The notes under the pieces are model-generated. The model saw only the letters and a program-made list of their open reading frames with translations. It made no database searches and was not told the DNA's origin. A program made the position numbers and the translations under genes. A stretch of 62,712 nucleotides of DNA, the filler included, from Candidatus Babelota bacterium (lineage in GTDB: Bacteria; JAGOBX01), in NCBI GenBank assembly GCA_017999075.1. It is 14 parts of 14 records of this genome, joined end to end, with 100 filler letters (N's around TTAATTAATTAA, not from the genome) between each part and the next. Parts side by side here need not be neighbours in the genome. Positions count along the whole stretch, not along the records: positions 42,892 to 59,172 come from JAGOBX010000019.1; positions 59,273 to 62,712 come from JAGOBX010000448.1; 12 more parts are not named here. One strand, written 5' to 3'. Position 1 is the first letter of the stretch. Every line of letters starts with the position of its first letter. Below are positions 53,483 through 62,712 of the stretch, one piece after another.

Positions 53483-53842
53483 TTATATTGATTTAATTAT
53501 TTCAATGAGTTTCGTAAAATCAGTAGGTTTTTTTATAAATGTTTTTGCTCCGACTTTCTCCATAGCTTTTTTTATATCTTCTTCTGGCCTTGCAGAATTA
53601 ATTATTATCGGTATGTTTTTAGCAAGATTTCTACTTTTAAACGCTGAAATTACCGCATCTCCGTCAATATACGGTAAATTTAAATCAAGAATTATCACGT
53701 CAGGAGGATTATTTATAATTATATCTACCGCATCGAAACCTTTTGTGGCAAAAAATAATTCAAAATCCTGAGATACAAGACGTTTTTTTAAAACTTCAAT
53801 ATAATCAACATCATCCTCAATAATTAAAACTTTTTTTGACAT
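53483..53842 (-). CDS. Single-domain response regulator
   Basis: IEDD, ILDLNLP, NSA, KKP. Confidence 0.9.
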   Translation of the reverse strand: MSKKVLIIEDDVDYIEVLKKRLVSQDFELFFATKGFDAVDIIINNPPDVIILDLNLPYIDGDAVISAFKSRNLAKNIPIIINSARPEEDIKKAMEKVGAKTFIKKPTDFTKLIEIIKSI

Positions 53843-53914
53843 TATTTTTCCCCCTCAATAAATAAAATTTAACTTCAATAAAATTAAAAAAAATTAAATT
53901 TTCAATTCAATCAA

Positions 53915-54307
53915 TTATTCAATTGATTCAAAATAATTCTTAACTTTAGTTTCTGTATCAATACCGTTTTTCCGTCGTTCTTCAAGTATATATTTTATTC
54001 TGTTAATATAATGAAGAGCGCTCAATTTCAATTGCTCTTTAGGAATATGTTTATAATTATAATAAACATTATGGAAATGTGTTTGAGCGATTTCATATTT
54101 TTGATTTTTAAACGCATATTCTCCGGCATTGTACTCATCATAAAACTTTTGATCTATTGATTGAGCATCGCTTTTTATATTTTTTTCCTTCAACTCCAAA
54201 AATCTGTCAGGATCATTTTGATAATCATTGGCAGAAAAAAATACTGCATAAACCGATAATCCCAATATTAACAAAATAAAACCTATTCTTACAACGCTTG
54301 GATGCAT
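53915..54307 (-). CDS. Hypothetical membrane-anchored protein with a TPR-like helix pair
   Basis: N-terminal TM; YNAGEYAFKNQKYEIAQTHF. Confidence 0.65.
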   Translation of the reverse strand: MHPSVVRIGFILLILGLSVYAVFFSANDYQNDPDRFLELKEKNIKSDAQSIDQKFYDEYNAGEYAFKNQKYEIAQTHFHNVYYNYKHIPKEQLKLSALHYINRIKYILEERRKNGIDTETKVKNYFESIE

Positions 54308-54316
54308 AATATTTAA

Positions 54317-55579
54317 TTAAGTAGAATATTCAGCATTAATTTTTACATAATCATAAGTTAAATCAGAAGTCCAAACTACAGCTTCTTCGCATTCATCCAT
54401 ACCCATATCTACAGTTACATGAATTTCTCTCAGTTTCATTATTTTATTTAATTTTTCCGAATCATATTCAGCTTCCATACATTTTTCAAAAATCAAATTA
54501 TTATTAAGAAATAATTTCACTTTATCTGGATCAAACTCGAATTTTGCGCTGCCTATAGAAGAAATTATTCTGCCCCAATTTAAATCGCATCCGAAAAATG
54601 CAGTTTTTACCAGATTAGAATTCGCTATGAGTTCAGCTATAATTTTTCCTTGTTCATAAGATCCTGAATTAACAACTTTTATCTGCAAAAATTTTGTTGC
54701 GCCTTCTCCGTCTTTTACAATCATTTTGGCAAGTTCAACGCATATGTATGTTAATTTTTCTGTAAACTTTTTATATTCATTTGATTTAACGTCTGTTATA
54801 ATATCATTTTCCGCCATTCCATTCGCCATAACATAAACACTGTCATTCGTTGACATATCTCCGTCAACTGTAATAGAATTAAATGATTTCAATACTGCAT
54901 TCTGTAATGCATAATTCAATGTTTTTCCGTCTATTAAAACATCGGTAGTAATAAAGCATAACATAGTTGCCATATTCGGATTTATCATTCCTGCGCCTTT
55001 AGCGCATCCGCCTATAACAATATTCTTATTTCCTAACTTAAACGATACATTGATTTTTTTTTCTGATGTGTCAGTCGTCATTATTGATTTTGCAAAATTA
55101 TTGTCAGCATTGTTACTTAAAGATTCTTTCAATAATTTTATGTTGCCCACCATTTTTTCAATAGGAAGTTGAACTCCTATTTTCCCGGTTGATGCAGTTA
55201 AAATTCTATCCTGCGGCACATCAAATTCTATTGAAGATTTTTCTATCACAAATCTGTTTAATTTCAATCCTTTTTCTCCTGTGCATGCGTTTGCAGAACC
55301 GCTGTTAACTACAATTAATCTTTTATATTCTGTTTTTTGTAATTGTTCTTTAGAAATTATTACAGGAGCCGCAGCAAATTTATTTGATGTGAAACAGGCG
55401 GATGTTACAGCGTCTTTTACCGAATATACGCATCCCAAATCATAATTGGAGTTTTTTTTCAACCCCGCTTTAATGCCCGCAGCCAGAAAACCTCTGGCTG
55501 CGGTTACACCTATATTGTTTTTTGATTCAATATTAACGTTTGGAGAATTGATACCGTTTTCTGGCTTTTGCCTGACCAT
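54317..55579 (-). CDS. argJ: Glutamate N-acetyltransferase / ornithine acetyltransferase
   Basis: NSGSANACTG, STGKIG, IMTTDT, KGAGMINPNMA|TML autocleavage site, DGEGATK, NWGR, YVKINAEY. ATG 55579 lies inside rpsI. Confidence 0.93.
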   Translation of the reverse strand: MVRQKPENGINSPNVNIESKNNIGVTAARGFLAAGIKAGLKKNSNYDLGCVYSVKDAVTSACFTSNKFAAAPVIISKEQLQKTEYKRLIVVNSGSANACTGEKGLKLNRFVIEKSSIEFDVPQDRILTASTGKIGVQLPIEKMVGNIKLLKESLSNNADNNFAKSIMTTDTSEKKINVSFKLGNKNIVIGGCAKGAGMINPNMATMLCFITTDVLIDGKTLNYALQNAVLKSFNSITVDGDMSTNDSVYVMANGMAENDIITDVKSNEYKKFTEKLTYICVELAKMIVKDGEGATKFLQIKVVNSGSYEQGKIIAELIANSNLVKTAFFGCDLNWGRIISSIGSAKFEFDPDKVKLFLNNNLIFEKCMEAEYDSEKLNKIMKLREIHVTVDMGMDECEEAVVWTSDLTYDYVKINAEYST

Positions 55580-55922
55580 ATTTTTTCCTTTCAACTTTTC
55601 TTGGATCTCTTGTTAAATATCCTTCGCCCTTAAGCTGTTTTTTTAAATTAGGTTCGCTTTTAATTAAAGCTCTGGAAATTCCTAACCTTATAGCTTCAGC
55701 CTGACCCGTAGTGCCGCCGCCGTTAACGCTTATAACTATATCGTAATTTCCAAGTGTGTTGGTTAATTCCAAAGGCTGTTTAACAGCGCTTATCAAAGAA
55801 CCTTTATCAAAATATTCTTCGAGTTTTTTATCATTAATTGTAATCTTGCCCTCGCCTGATTTCATGTAAATTTTCGCGATTGACCTTTTTCTTCTTCCTA
55901 AACCCAAAATATAATTAATCAT
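55533..55922 (-). CDS. rpsI: 30S ribosomal protein S9
   Basis: GRRK, GGGTTGQAEAIRLGISRAL, LTRDPRKVERKKYG, QFSKR. Confidence 0.97.
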   Translation of the reverse strand: MINYILGLGRRKRSIAKIYMKSGEGKITINDKKLEEYFDKGSLISAVKQPLELTNTLGNYDIVISVNGGGTTGQAEAIRLGISRALIKSEPNLKKQLKGEGYLTRDPRKVERKKYGQAKARKRYQFSKR

Positions 55923-55944
55923 TTTTTATATATCCTCCTAAAAA

Positions 55945-56373
55945 TTATAACTCGATTTTTAAAGGCTGTTGGGATTCGTGATTATGCGCATTCCCGGAAA
56001 AAACTCTGACTTTTTTTAAAAGTTTTCTGCCAAGATGATTTTTAGGAAGCATTCCTTTTACCGCATGTAAAATCACTTCTTCAGGTTTTGTTTTCATCAT
56101 ATCTTTAAGTTTAGTCATTTTAAAATGACCAACCCATAATGAATGTTTGAAATATTCCTTCTGTTCAAGTTTATTGCCTGTAACTTTTATTTTAGACGCA
56201 TTCGTTATTACAACAAAATCGCCGCAATCTTTATCCTGCCTGAATTCAGGTTTGTTTTTTCCTTTTATGATTTCAACAATTTTTACAGCCAATTTCCCGA
56301 GAGTTTGACCGTCAGCATCTATTAGATACCATTTTTTTTCAATCTGCTCCGGTTCAATTAATGTAGTTTTCAT
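55945..56373 (-). CDS. rplM: 50S ribosomal protein L13
   Basis: WYLIDA..TLGKLA, GKNKP, DCGDFVVI, AVKGMLPKN, QQP; GAGGAG RBS before ATG 56373. Confidence 0.97.
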   Translation of the reverse strand: MKTTLIEPEQIEKKWYLIDADGQTLGKLAVKIVEIIKGKNKPEFRQDKDCGDFVVITNASKIKVTGNKLEQKEYFKHSLWVGHFKMTKLKDMMKTKPEEVILHAVKGMLPKNHLGRKLLKKVRVFSGNAHNHESQQPLKIEL

Positions 56374-56444
56374 CTCTGATTTTCTCCTCAATCAATTATT
56401 ATAAAGTTTTTTCTTAAATTAATAATATGTCACAAAACAGTAGT

Positions 56445-56472
56445 ATTTTATTAAAATACTTATGAATGTCAA
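56445..56472 (-). promoter_or_regulatory. Sigma70 promoter of rplM-rpsI
   Basis: TTGACA-N16-TAAAAT on the minus strand. Confidence 0.6.
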
Positions 56473-56481
56473 GTTTTTTTA

Positions 56482-58959
56482 TTAGTTTTTTTTCGGAAGA
56501 GTAAAAGAAAAAATACATCCGCCTTCCGGCAAAGTCGCAGCAAAAACTTCTCCGCCAAGTTTATTTATAATAGTTTTTACTATATATAATCCAAGTCCGC
56601 TGCCGTTATCACTGTTTTTTCCAAGACGTTTAAACGGCATAAATAATTCTTTAAGCTTGTCTTCAGGAATTCCTTTACCATTATCCTGAACCCAGCAGCA
56701 TATATGCGTAGAATTAAGTTCAAACGCTCCTATCTGCAGTTTTGGAGGACGGCCGCTGTATTTGATACCGTTCATTATATAATTCATCCAAACCTCTTCA
56801 ATCCACGGAGCATACCCGGCAGATTCAGGCCATATTTCCTGAACTGTTATTTCAGTTTTTGATTCCTGTATAAAATAATCCAGATGCGCAAGCGCGTTAT
56901 TGACAATATCCCTCATATTAAGCGGTTCAACCGATACATCATTATTCCTTGCGCTTGCCAGCAGCAATAAATCATTTATAATGCATTCCATTTTATATAT
57001 AATCTTCAAAGTCCTTTCTAGATAATTTACACATACTTCTCTCCGGCATTCCCCCTCTTTTTTGCATTTTTTTGCAACCAAATCAACATAACCCATTATT
57101 GAAGTAAGCGGAGCTTTAAGATCGTGTGCTACAGTGTGGGCATATGCTTTCAGTTCAACATTTCCCTTTTCAAGTTCATTTGAATAATGTCTCAATTTTA
57201 ATTCTGTTTCTTTTTGTTCTGATATATCTATTATAAGTCCCCGCGTGCCTATGATTCTGCGTTCATTTATAATCGGCAAAGCATATATAAGTATTGGAAA
57301 AGTTGTTCCGTCTTTCCTTAATGCAGTGAACTCTTTATCATTATTAGGCTTGCCTGCAAGGATATTCCTTAGAGAATTCATCATTTTTATTTTTTCATCA
57401 GGAATAACTGTTTGGGTAATATGAATCTTCTTTGCCAAATCTTTTGTTTTGTATCCGAAAGCTGTAAAACCTCTCCTGTTGCTGTATGTAATATTCCCTT
57501 CAGTATCAGTTTCAAAAATTATTTGAGGTATTAAATCTGCCACATCGCAAAAACGCGTTTTACATTCAACAAGAGATTTCTCGGTTTTTTTCAGCGTTGT
57601 AATATCAACTATTGAAACAAATAATTTTGACCAGTCATTAGAATGATTTTCAAAAAGGGAAACTGTAAGAAGCGTATCTATTTTTTCCCCGGTGCTTTGA
57701 ACTTGTTCTATTTCTGAAGAAAAATATGTTTTTCCGTCAATTAAAGTAAGCAGTTCTTCTTTAAAAACCATATATGATTTTTCAGTAAAAATCGTGTTAA
57801 GTCCGGAATAAAAAGAAAGTTTATCCTTAACTTTATACAACTTTATCGTAGCCTGGTTTATATCTAAAACTTTTATCAGTTTGGCGCAATATTTTAATTG
57901 TTCAGGATACAAATCAAAAAACTCTCTGAAATTTTTTATTCCGATTTTTTTTAAGTTTTCTATATACCTTTTCAATTCCGATGCATCTTCCTTCCATAAT
58001 GATATCGGAGAATACTCGAAAAGATTTCTATACCGCGTTTCCGAATCTCTCACGTCCGAAGTCGTTTGAAAATTTTTATCAGAATCGGAATCAAAATCTT
58101 CCGAAGTTAATTGTTCAGAGTTATTACTTGCAATTTGCCTCGCACCTTGATTAAATACAGGTTTTCCTGAATTATCACTTTTTAATATATCAACAAGAAT
58201 AGTTCCTGTAATTAAAACAGGTTTTGAATTTTCATCAAACGCTAATTCAAGCATCTCATATATCCATCTGTAATTTCCATCTTTATGAAGCATTCTGTAT
58301 TCAAAACAAATATTTTTTTTTTCAAACAAATCTTTCAATCGGCATTTAAAATTATTAATATCGTCAGGATGAATCAAAGAATTTCTAAAATTCGGATCAT
58401 TCGTAAATTGAGAAGGAGCATATCCGAGAATTGAAGAAACATTGCCGCTTATAAAAGTTATAGGATAATCTTTCTCTACAGAACAAGTATAAATAACAGT
58501 CGAAGGCTGACTTAATAAATATTTTAAACCTGTATTTATCTCTGAAAGTTTTTGTTCATTTTTCTGCACGAGTTGTTTTGAATAATTCAATTCAAGATAC
58601 ATTTCAATTTTTGAAATAAAATCGTCACGGTTTATTGGAATTTTGATATAATCCGATATTCCTGAATGATATGCCTTACTTATATATTTTGATTCTGTTC
58701 TTGATGTTAAAAAAATTATAGGTATATTCGAAGTGGTTTTCTTTTTTTTTAATTTCTTACATATTTCAAAAGCATTTGTTCCATTTATTGTTTCATTTAA
58801 AATTATTATATCAGGTTTTTCATTTTCAGCTGCTGCAATACAATCATTTTTATCATCACAAACTACAAATTTTATATATATTTTTTTTCTAAAATATTTA
58901 TTTAGACATTTCTGAATCACTTCAGAATCGTTTATAATAAGTATTTTTGAAAAATTCAT
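56482..58959 (-). CDS. Cytoplasmic sensor histidine kinase: atypical REC, three PAS-like domains, HisKA, HATPase
   Basis: H-box AHDLKAPL, N-box NYIMNGIKY, DNGKGI, GSGLGL; PAS hallmarks IHPDD, EYRMLHKDG, RKDGTTFP; no TM segment. Confidence 0.9.
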   Translation of the reverse strand: MNFSKILIINDSEVIQKCLNKYFRKKIYIKFVVCDDKNDCIAAAENEKPDIIILNETINGTNAFEICKKLKKKKTTSNIPIIFLTSRTESKYISKAYHSGISDYIKIPINRDDFISKIEMYLELNYSKQLVQKNEQKLSEINTGLKYLLSQPSTVIYTCSVEKDYPITFISGNVSSILGYAPSQFTNDPNFRNSLIHPDDINNFKCRLKDLFEKKNICFEYRMLHKDGNYRWIYEMLELAFDENSKPVLITGTILVDILKSDNSGKPVFNQGARQIASNNSEQLTSEDFDSDSDKNFQTTSDVRDSETRYRNLFEYSPISLWKEDASELKRYIENLKKIGIKNFREFFDLYPEQLKYCAKLIKVLDINQATIKLYKVKDKLSFYSGLNTIFTEKSYMVFKEELLTLIDGKTYFSSEIEQVQSTGEKIDTLLTVSLFENHSNDWSKLFVSIVDITTLKKTEKSLVECKTRFCDVADLIPQIIFETDTEGNITYSNRRGFTAFGYKTKDLAKKIHITQTVIPDEKIKMMNSLRNILAGKPNNDKEFTALRKDGTTFPILIYALPIINERRIIGTRGLIIDISEQKETELKLRHYSNELEKGNVELKAYAHTVAHDLKAPLTSIMGYVDLVAKKCKKEGECRREVCVNYLERTLKIIYKMECIINDLLLLASARNNDVSVEPLNMRDIVNNALAHLDYFIQESKTEITVQEIWPESAGYAPWIEEVWMNYIMNGIKYSGRPPKLQIGAFELNSTHICCWVQDNGKGIPEDKLKELFMPFKRLGKNSDNGSGLGLYIVKTIINKLGGEVFAATLPEGGCIFSFTLPKKN

Positions 58960-59172
58960 CAGCTCTACCGTTTTTATTTTATTAAATTTTTATATTAATA
59001 TTTAATTTATATAATATTATTTATTTTAATTACATTTTTTTATCTATTATAAATATACTACATTGTAAATTAAATTTCAAGTTTTTTTATTTTTATTTTT
59101 TTTTTATTTTGTATTTTTTTTAATTCAAATACATTTTTAATTTTTTATATTTTTTGTGGAGATTTTATTTTT

Positions 59173-59272
59173 NNNNNNNNNNNNNNNNNNNNNNNNNNNN
59201 NNNNNNNNNNNNNNNNTTAATTAATTAANNNNNNNNNNNNNNNNNNNNNNNNNNNNNNNNNNNNNNNNNNNN
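59173..59272. other. Artificial contig linker
   Basis: N44-TTAATTAATTAA-N44. Confidence 0.98.
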
Positions 59273-59489
59273 AACAGTATTTTTTTCTTGATTCAGGATT
59301 ATCCAACAGATATTCAACTGATTCAATTATTGATTTTTTTTTTTTAAAAGAAAGAATGCCCGCATCAAAATTTGCAGAAGCTGCAGCTTTTTTTATTTCC
59401 AGCATTCCAATAATTATTTCATCAGATAAGCTTTCGCCGGAATTAATAAAATTTGATTTTGCTTTTAAAGTTTCAGAAAAAAAAATCAT
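59273..59489 (-). CDS. N-terminus of a hypothetical protein, 3' truncated
   Basis: ATG 2 nt after the ACT gene stop; frame open to the contig edge. Confidence 0.5.
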
Positions 59490-59491
59490 AG

Positions 59492-59917
59492 TTAATTATA
59501 TAAAGTATCGCCAGTAAAATAATCAATTTTTTCTTTGTTTAAAATATTTTTCAAATGTTCGCTGTCAGATGTTTCAATAATGAGAACTGCGCGCTTTTTA
59601 TCTTCTATTACAAACCCGTAGGAATCTTCTATATTTATTGAATATTTTGCGAGAATAGATGAAATTTCAAATAATCCGCCTGGTTCATCACGCAACACTA
59701 TTCCTATAATATCTCTAAGATATGCTGTTATGCCTGCTTCACGCAGTTTTTGATAACAAAGCTCAGGTTTATTCACCAAAAGTTTTACAACTCCGAAATC
59801 GCCGGAAGATGAAATTTTAATAGCACGTATATTTATTCCGTTATCTTTTAAAATTTTTGATATTGAAGCAAGTTTTCCTGGTTTATTTTCTGAAAACACT
59901 GATACCTGTTTTGTCAT
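59492..59917 (-). CDS. Tandem ACT domain protein
   Basis: QVSVFSENKPGKL...GINIRAI...DEPGGL...INIE; a usual neighbour of paaK-like genes; GGAGG RBS. Confidence 0.88.
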   Translation of the reverse strand: MTKQVSVFSENKPGKLASISKILKDNGINIRAIKISSSGDFGVVKLLVNKPELCYQKLREAGITAYLRDIIGIVLRDEPGGLFEISSILAKYSINIEDSYGFVIEDKKRAVLIIETSDSEHLKNILNKEKIDYFTGDTLYN

Positions 59918-59961
59918 AATATTCAATCCTCCACTTGACCGGAGAACCCGGAAAAATAAAA

Positions 59962-61266
59962 CTATTTTCTTCTGTTATCTATAATTCTTTTAGCTTTGCC
60001 TTCTGATACTGGAAGAGATTTATACTCATGCAATTCTATTTTTGGGTTTATCCATATTTCATCTTTAATACGGTTTCCTATTTTTTTTTGAATAGATGAG
60101 AGTTCGTCTATGCTTCCATGAAACGATTCCGGATTTATTTCTATTTTTATAACCATTTTATCTATAAGGTTTTCATTAGAAAGCTCTATTAAATAATTAT
60201 TAGCAACTTCTTTTGTTTCCATAATTATTTTTTCAATCTGCATAGGAAATACATTTACACCTTTAAATATGAACATATCGTCAGTTCTTCCTTTTATACG
60301 ATCGATTCTTAAGTGTGTTCTGCCGCAACTGCATTTATTTTTTTCTTCCACCAGTCTTGTTATATCCCGCGTTCTGTATCTGAATAAAGGTGTAGCTCGT
60401 CTGTTCAAAATAGTTAGTACAAGTTCGCCTTCGTCTCCATTTTTAACAGGTTCAAGCGTTTCAGGATTTATAATTTCAGCGATATAATTATCTTCCCACA
60501 AATGAATACCACATTTTTTTTCGCATTCAAATCCTACTCCTGGTCCATTCATTTCTGATAATCCATAACAATTATATGCATCAACCCCGTAGATTTCTTC
60601 TATTTTTTTCCGCATTTCTTCTGTGTGCGGTTCAGCGCCGATTACGAATTTTTTGAGAAGCGTATCTTTTTTCGGATCAAGATTGATTTGTTGAAAATGA
60701 GTATATAGATAAAACGCATAACTTGGAATTATATGAGCTGAGGTGACTTTGTAATTTTGAATAAGCTCTATTTGTCTATGAGAATTTCCTGAACTTGCCG
60801 GGATTACCAGCATTCCGAGCCTTTCAGCTCCGTAATGCAGACCGAGTCCTCCTGTAAATAAACCGTACCCCATCATATTCTGAAATACATCTGTATTTCT
60901 GAATCCTGCCATATATAAAGATCTTGCAACAAGATTTGTCCAAATGTTTAAATCGCGTTGAGTATGATAAATTGCCGTAGCTTGACCTGTTGTTCCTGAA
61001 GAAGAATGCAGCCTTACTATGAGGGATTTGTCAACTGCTATAAATCCGTCTGGAAATTCGTTTCGCAAATCTTGTTTTACAGTAAAGGGTATTCGCCTTA
61101 AATCATCAAGAGAATTTATTTTACTTGAATCAATATTATGTTCAAAAAAACATTTTTTATAAAATTTACAGTTTAACGCATTATCAACTGTTTGCTTAAG
61201 CATTTTGAGCTGGAATTTTTCAAGTTGATATCTATCTAATGTTTCAATATCTTTTTCCCAAAACAA
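59962..61266 (-). CDS. paaK: Phenylacetate-CoA ligase family protein
   Basis: HSSSGTTG, YGLFTGGLG, GAEP, YGLSE, RYRTRD, GRTDDM, GKAKRI. Confidence 0.9.
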   Translation of the reverse strand: MFWEKDIETLDRYQLEKFQLKMLKQTVDNALNCKFYKKCFFEHNIDSSKINSLDDLRRIPFTVKQDLRNEFPDGFIAVDKSLIVRLHSSSGTTGQATAIYHTQRDLNIWTNLVARSLYMAGFRNTDVFQNMMGYGLFTGGLGLHYGAERLGMLVIPASSGNSHRQIELIQNYKVTSAHIIPSYAFYLYTHFQQINLDPKKDTLLKKFVIGAEPHTEEMRKKIEEIYGVDAYNCYGLSEMNGPGVGFECEKKCGIHLWEDNYIAEIINPETLEPVKNGDEGELVLTILNRRATPLFRYRTRDITRLVEEKNKCSCGRTHLRIDRIKGRTDDMFIFKGVNVFPMQIEKIIMETKEVANNYLIELSNENLIDKMVIKIEINPESFHGSIDELSSIQKKIGNRIKDEIWINPKIELHEYKSLPVSEGKAKRIIDNRRK

Positions 61267-61370
61267 TGATGTGCTCTCCTTAGTCTGACAAGTCAGAAAA
61301 TAATTTCCGCTAAGAGCCAGACTTTTGAAAAAATTATGATATTTAGTTAAAGTTGTTTAAAATTGATATT

Positions 61371-61697
61371 TTATAAATAATTGTTCAATATTTTTGTATA
61401 TGCTTCGGCTGGTCTGAATCCCACAAGGTTTTCTACTTCAGCTCCATTTTTAAATATCAATACTGCCGGGATTCCGTTAATATTATATTTACTTGCAATA
61501 TCCTGGGCATTATCAGTATTTACTTTGCATATTTTGATTTTTCCGGCATAAGTTTTAGCAAGAGATTCAATTACAGGAGCAAGCATTCTGCAGGGCCCGC
61601 ACCAATCAGCATAAAAATCTACTAAAGCTGTTCCATTATAATTTTCAATTTCTGTTTTGAAATTGTTTGAATCAAGATAAACAATTTGATCGCTCAT
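61371..61697 (-). CDS. trxA: Thioredoxin
   Basis: DFYADWCGPC, IPA; AGGAGG RBS. Confidence 0.95.
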   Translation of the reverse strand: MSDQIVYLDSNNFKTEIENYNGTALVDFYADWCGPCRMLAPVIESLAKTYAGKIKICKVNTDNAQDIASKYNINGIPAVLIFKNGAEVENLVGFRPAEAYTKILNNYL

Positions 61698-61862
61698 TGC
61701 GTCCAAACCTCCTAATATTTATTTGAAAATGAATTTTTATTAACTGAGTTTAAATAGTATATTTACAGATTAAAATTGTCAAATAAATTTATTTAAAATT
61801 TATTGACTTTATTTTTAAATGTATTTAAATATTGCATAAAATATTTTAAGGAGATTTTTAAG

Positions 61863-62663
61863 ATGAAAACCAAATTATTGTTTTTTACAATTTTATCGTT
61901 AATACTAATTTTTGCTGATACTGCGATATTTTCTGCTGACAACAAACAAAAATTAGACAAAAATTCCACTTCTTCAAAAAAAATAAAATCTGCGGAAATT
62001 AATAAAACTCAGCAGAATAAAAATGAAAATTCTTCAAAGATAGAGGAACTTAAAACCTTGAAAGAAAAAGTGAGTTATTCTATAGGCATTGATATTGGAA
62101 AAAATTTAAAAACTCAGTCTATAGATATTGATAAAGATATTTTGCTAAAGGGTTTTTCTGCAGGTTATGAGGGCGGTGTTCAAATTATGACTGAAGAAGA
62201 AGTCAAACAAACAATGATGAATTTGCAGAACGAAATAAGAACAAAGCAGCAGGCTGCAAAAAAAGAGGCCGCCGCAAAAAATTTAAGAGAAAGCATTGAT
62301 TTTCTTGAAAAAAATAAAACAGAACCAGGAATTATAGTTTTGCCGAGCGGACTTCAATATAAAATTATTAAAGAAGGAACGGGTTCAATGCCGCAAAAAA
62401 CAGATACAGTTATAACTCATTATAAAGGAACATTGTTAAATGGAATAGAATTCGACAGCTCTTATAAGAGAAATCAGCCTGCTGAATTTAAAGTTTCGTC
62501 TGTGATACCTGGATGGACCGAAGCTTTGCAATTGATGAAAACAGGATCAAAATGGAAATTGTTTATTCCACCTCAACTTGGATACGGCGAACGCGGTGCA
62601 GGAAAAGATATCGGTCCTAATTCAGCTTTAATATTTGAAATTGAACTTATAGGTATTAAATAA
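61863..62663 (+). CDS. FKBP-type peptidyl-prolyl isomerase (Mip/FkpA-like)
   Basis: Signal peptide, KVSYSIG, SGLQY, HYKG, FDSSY, VIPGWTEAL, LGYG, LIFEIEL; AAGGAG RBS. Confidence 0.94.
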   Translation: MKTKLLFFTILSLILIFADTAIFSADNKQKLDKNSTSSKKIKSAEINKTQQNKNENSSKIEELKTLKEKVSYSIGIDIGKNLKTQSIDIDKDILLKGFSAGYEGGVQIMTEEEVKQTMMNLQNEIRTKQQAAKKEAAAKNLRESIDFLEKNKTEPGIIVLPSGLQYKIIKEGTGSMPQKTDTVITHYKGTLLNGIEFDSSYKRNQPAEFKVSSVIPGWTEALQLMKTGSKWKLFIPPQLGYGERGAGKDIGPNSALIFEIELIGIK

Positions 62664-62712
62664 AATATTGACAAACTAAAAAAAATATAAATATTAAAAT
62701 TAACTAAAATAA

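Overview
This window is not one locus. It is 14 contigs of an AT-rich bacterial draft genome or MAG, joined by 13 identical 100-bp linkers (N44-TTAATTAATTAA-N44). Most contigs are about 3.45-3.52 kb and one is 16.3 kb (42892-59172), so gene neighbourhoods only count within a contig and many CDS are truncated. The content suggests a diderm, chemotactic, probably anaerobic fermenter. Housekeeping and metabolic genes: pyrG, pckG, serA-like, gap-pgk, oadB, cysD-cysN-cysC, PBP1A, Slt, rplC, rpmB, rplM-rpsI-argJ, PPi-type PFK, nifU-like, paaK-ACT, trxA, FKBP, tRNA-Glu(CTC), tRNA-Pro(TGG). Signalling genes: cheA-cheW-MCP, an HD-GYP regulator, a hybrid kinase and three single-domain regulators. Metal-resistance genes: chrB-like and arsP-arsM. 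The best candidate for an undescribed system is a tyrosine recombinase (30671-31873) with an Arg-rich ERR/DRR N-terminal peptide, a duplicated SAM-like domain and an attI-like site downstream, which would make it a possibly second-messenger-controlled, non-canonical integron platform. Other highlights: an arsenic locus with an unannotated 51-aa Cys-rich protein, an internally deleted oxidoreductase, an arsM relic and a mosaic of 7-10-nt repeats; a dispersed palindromic MITE-like element; a stand-alone rplC; a Treponema/euglenozoan-type GAPDH; and argJ apparently starting inside rpsI. All family calls come from motif recognition by eye, with no database searches.
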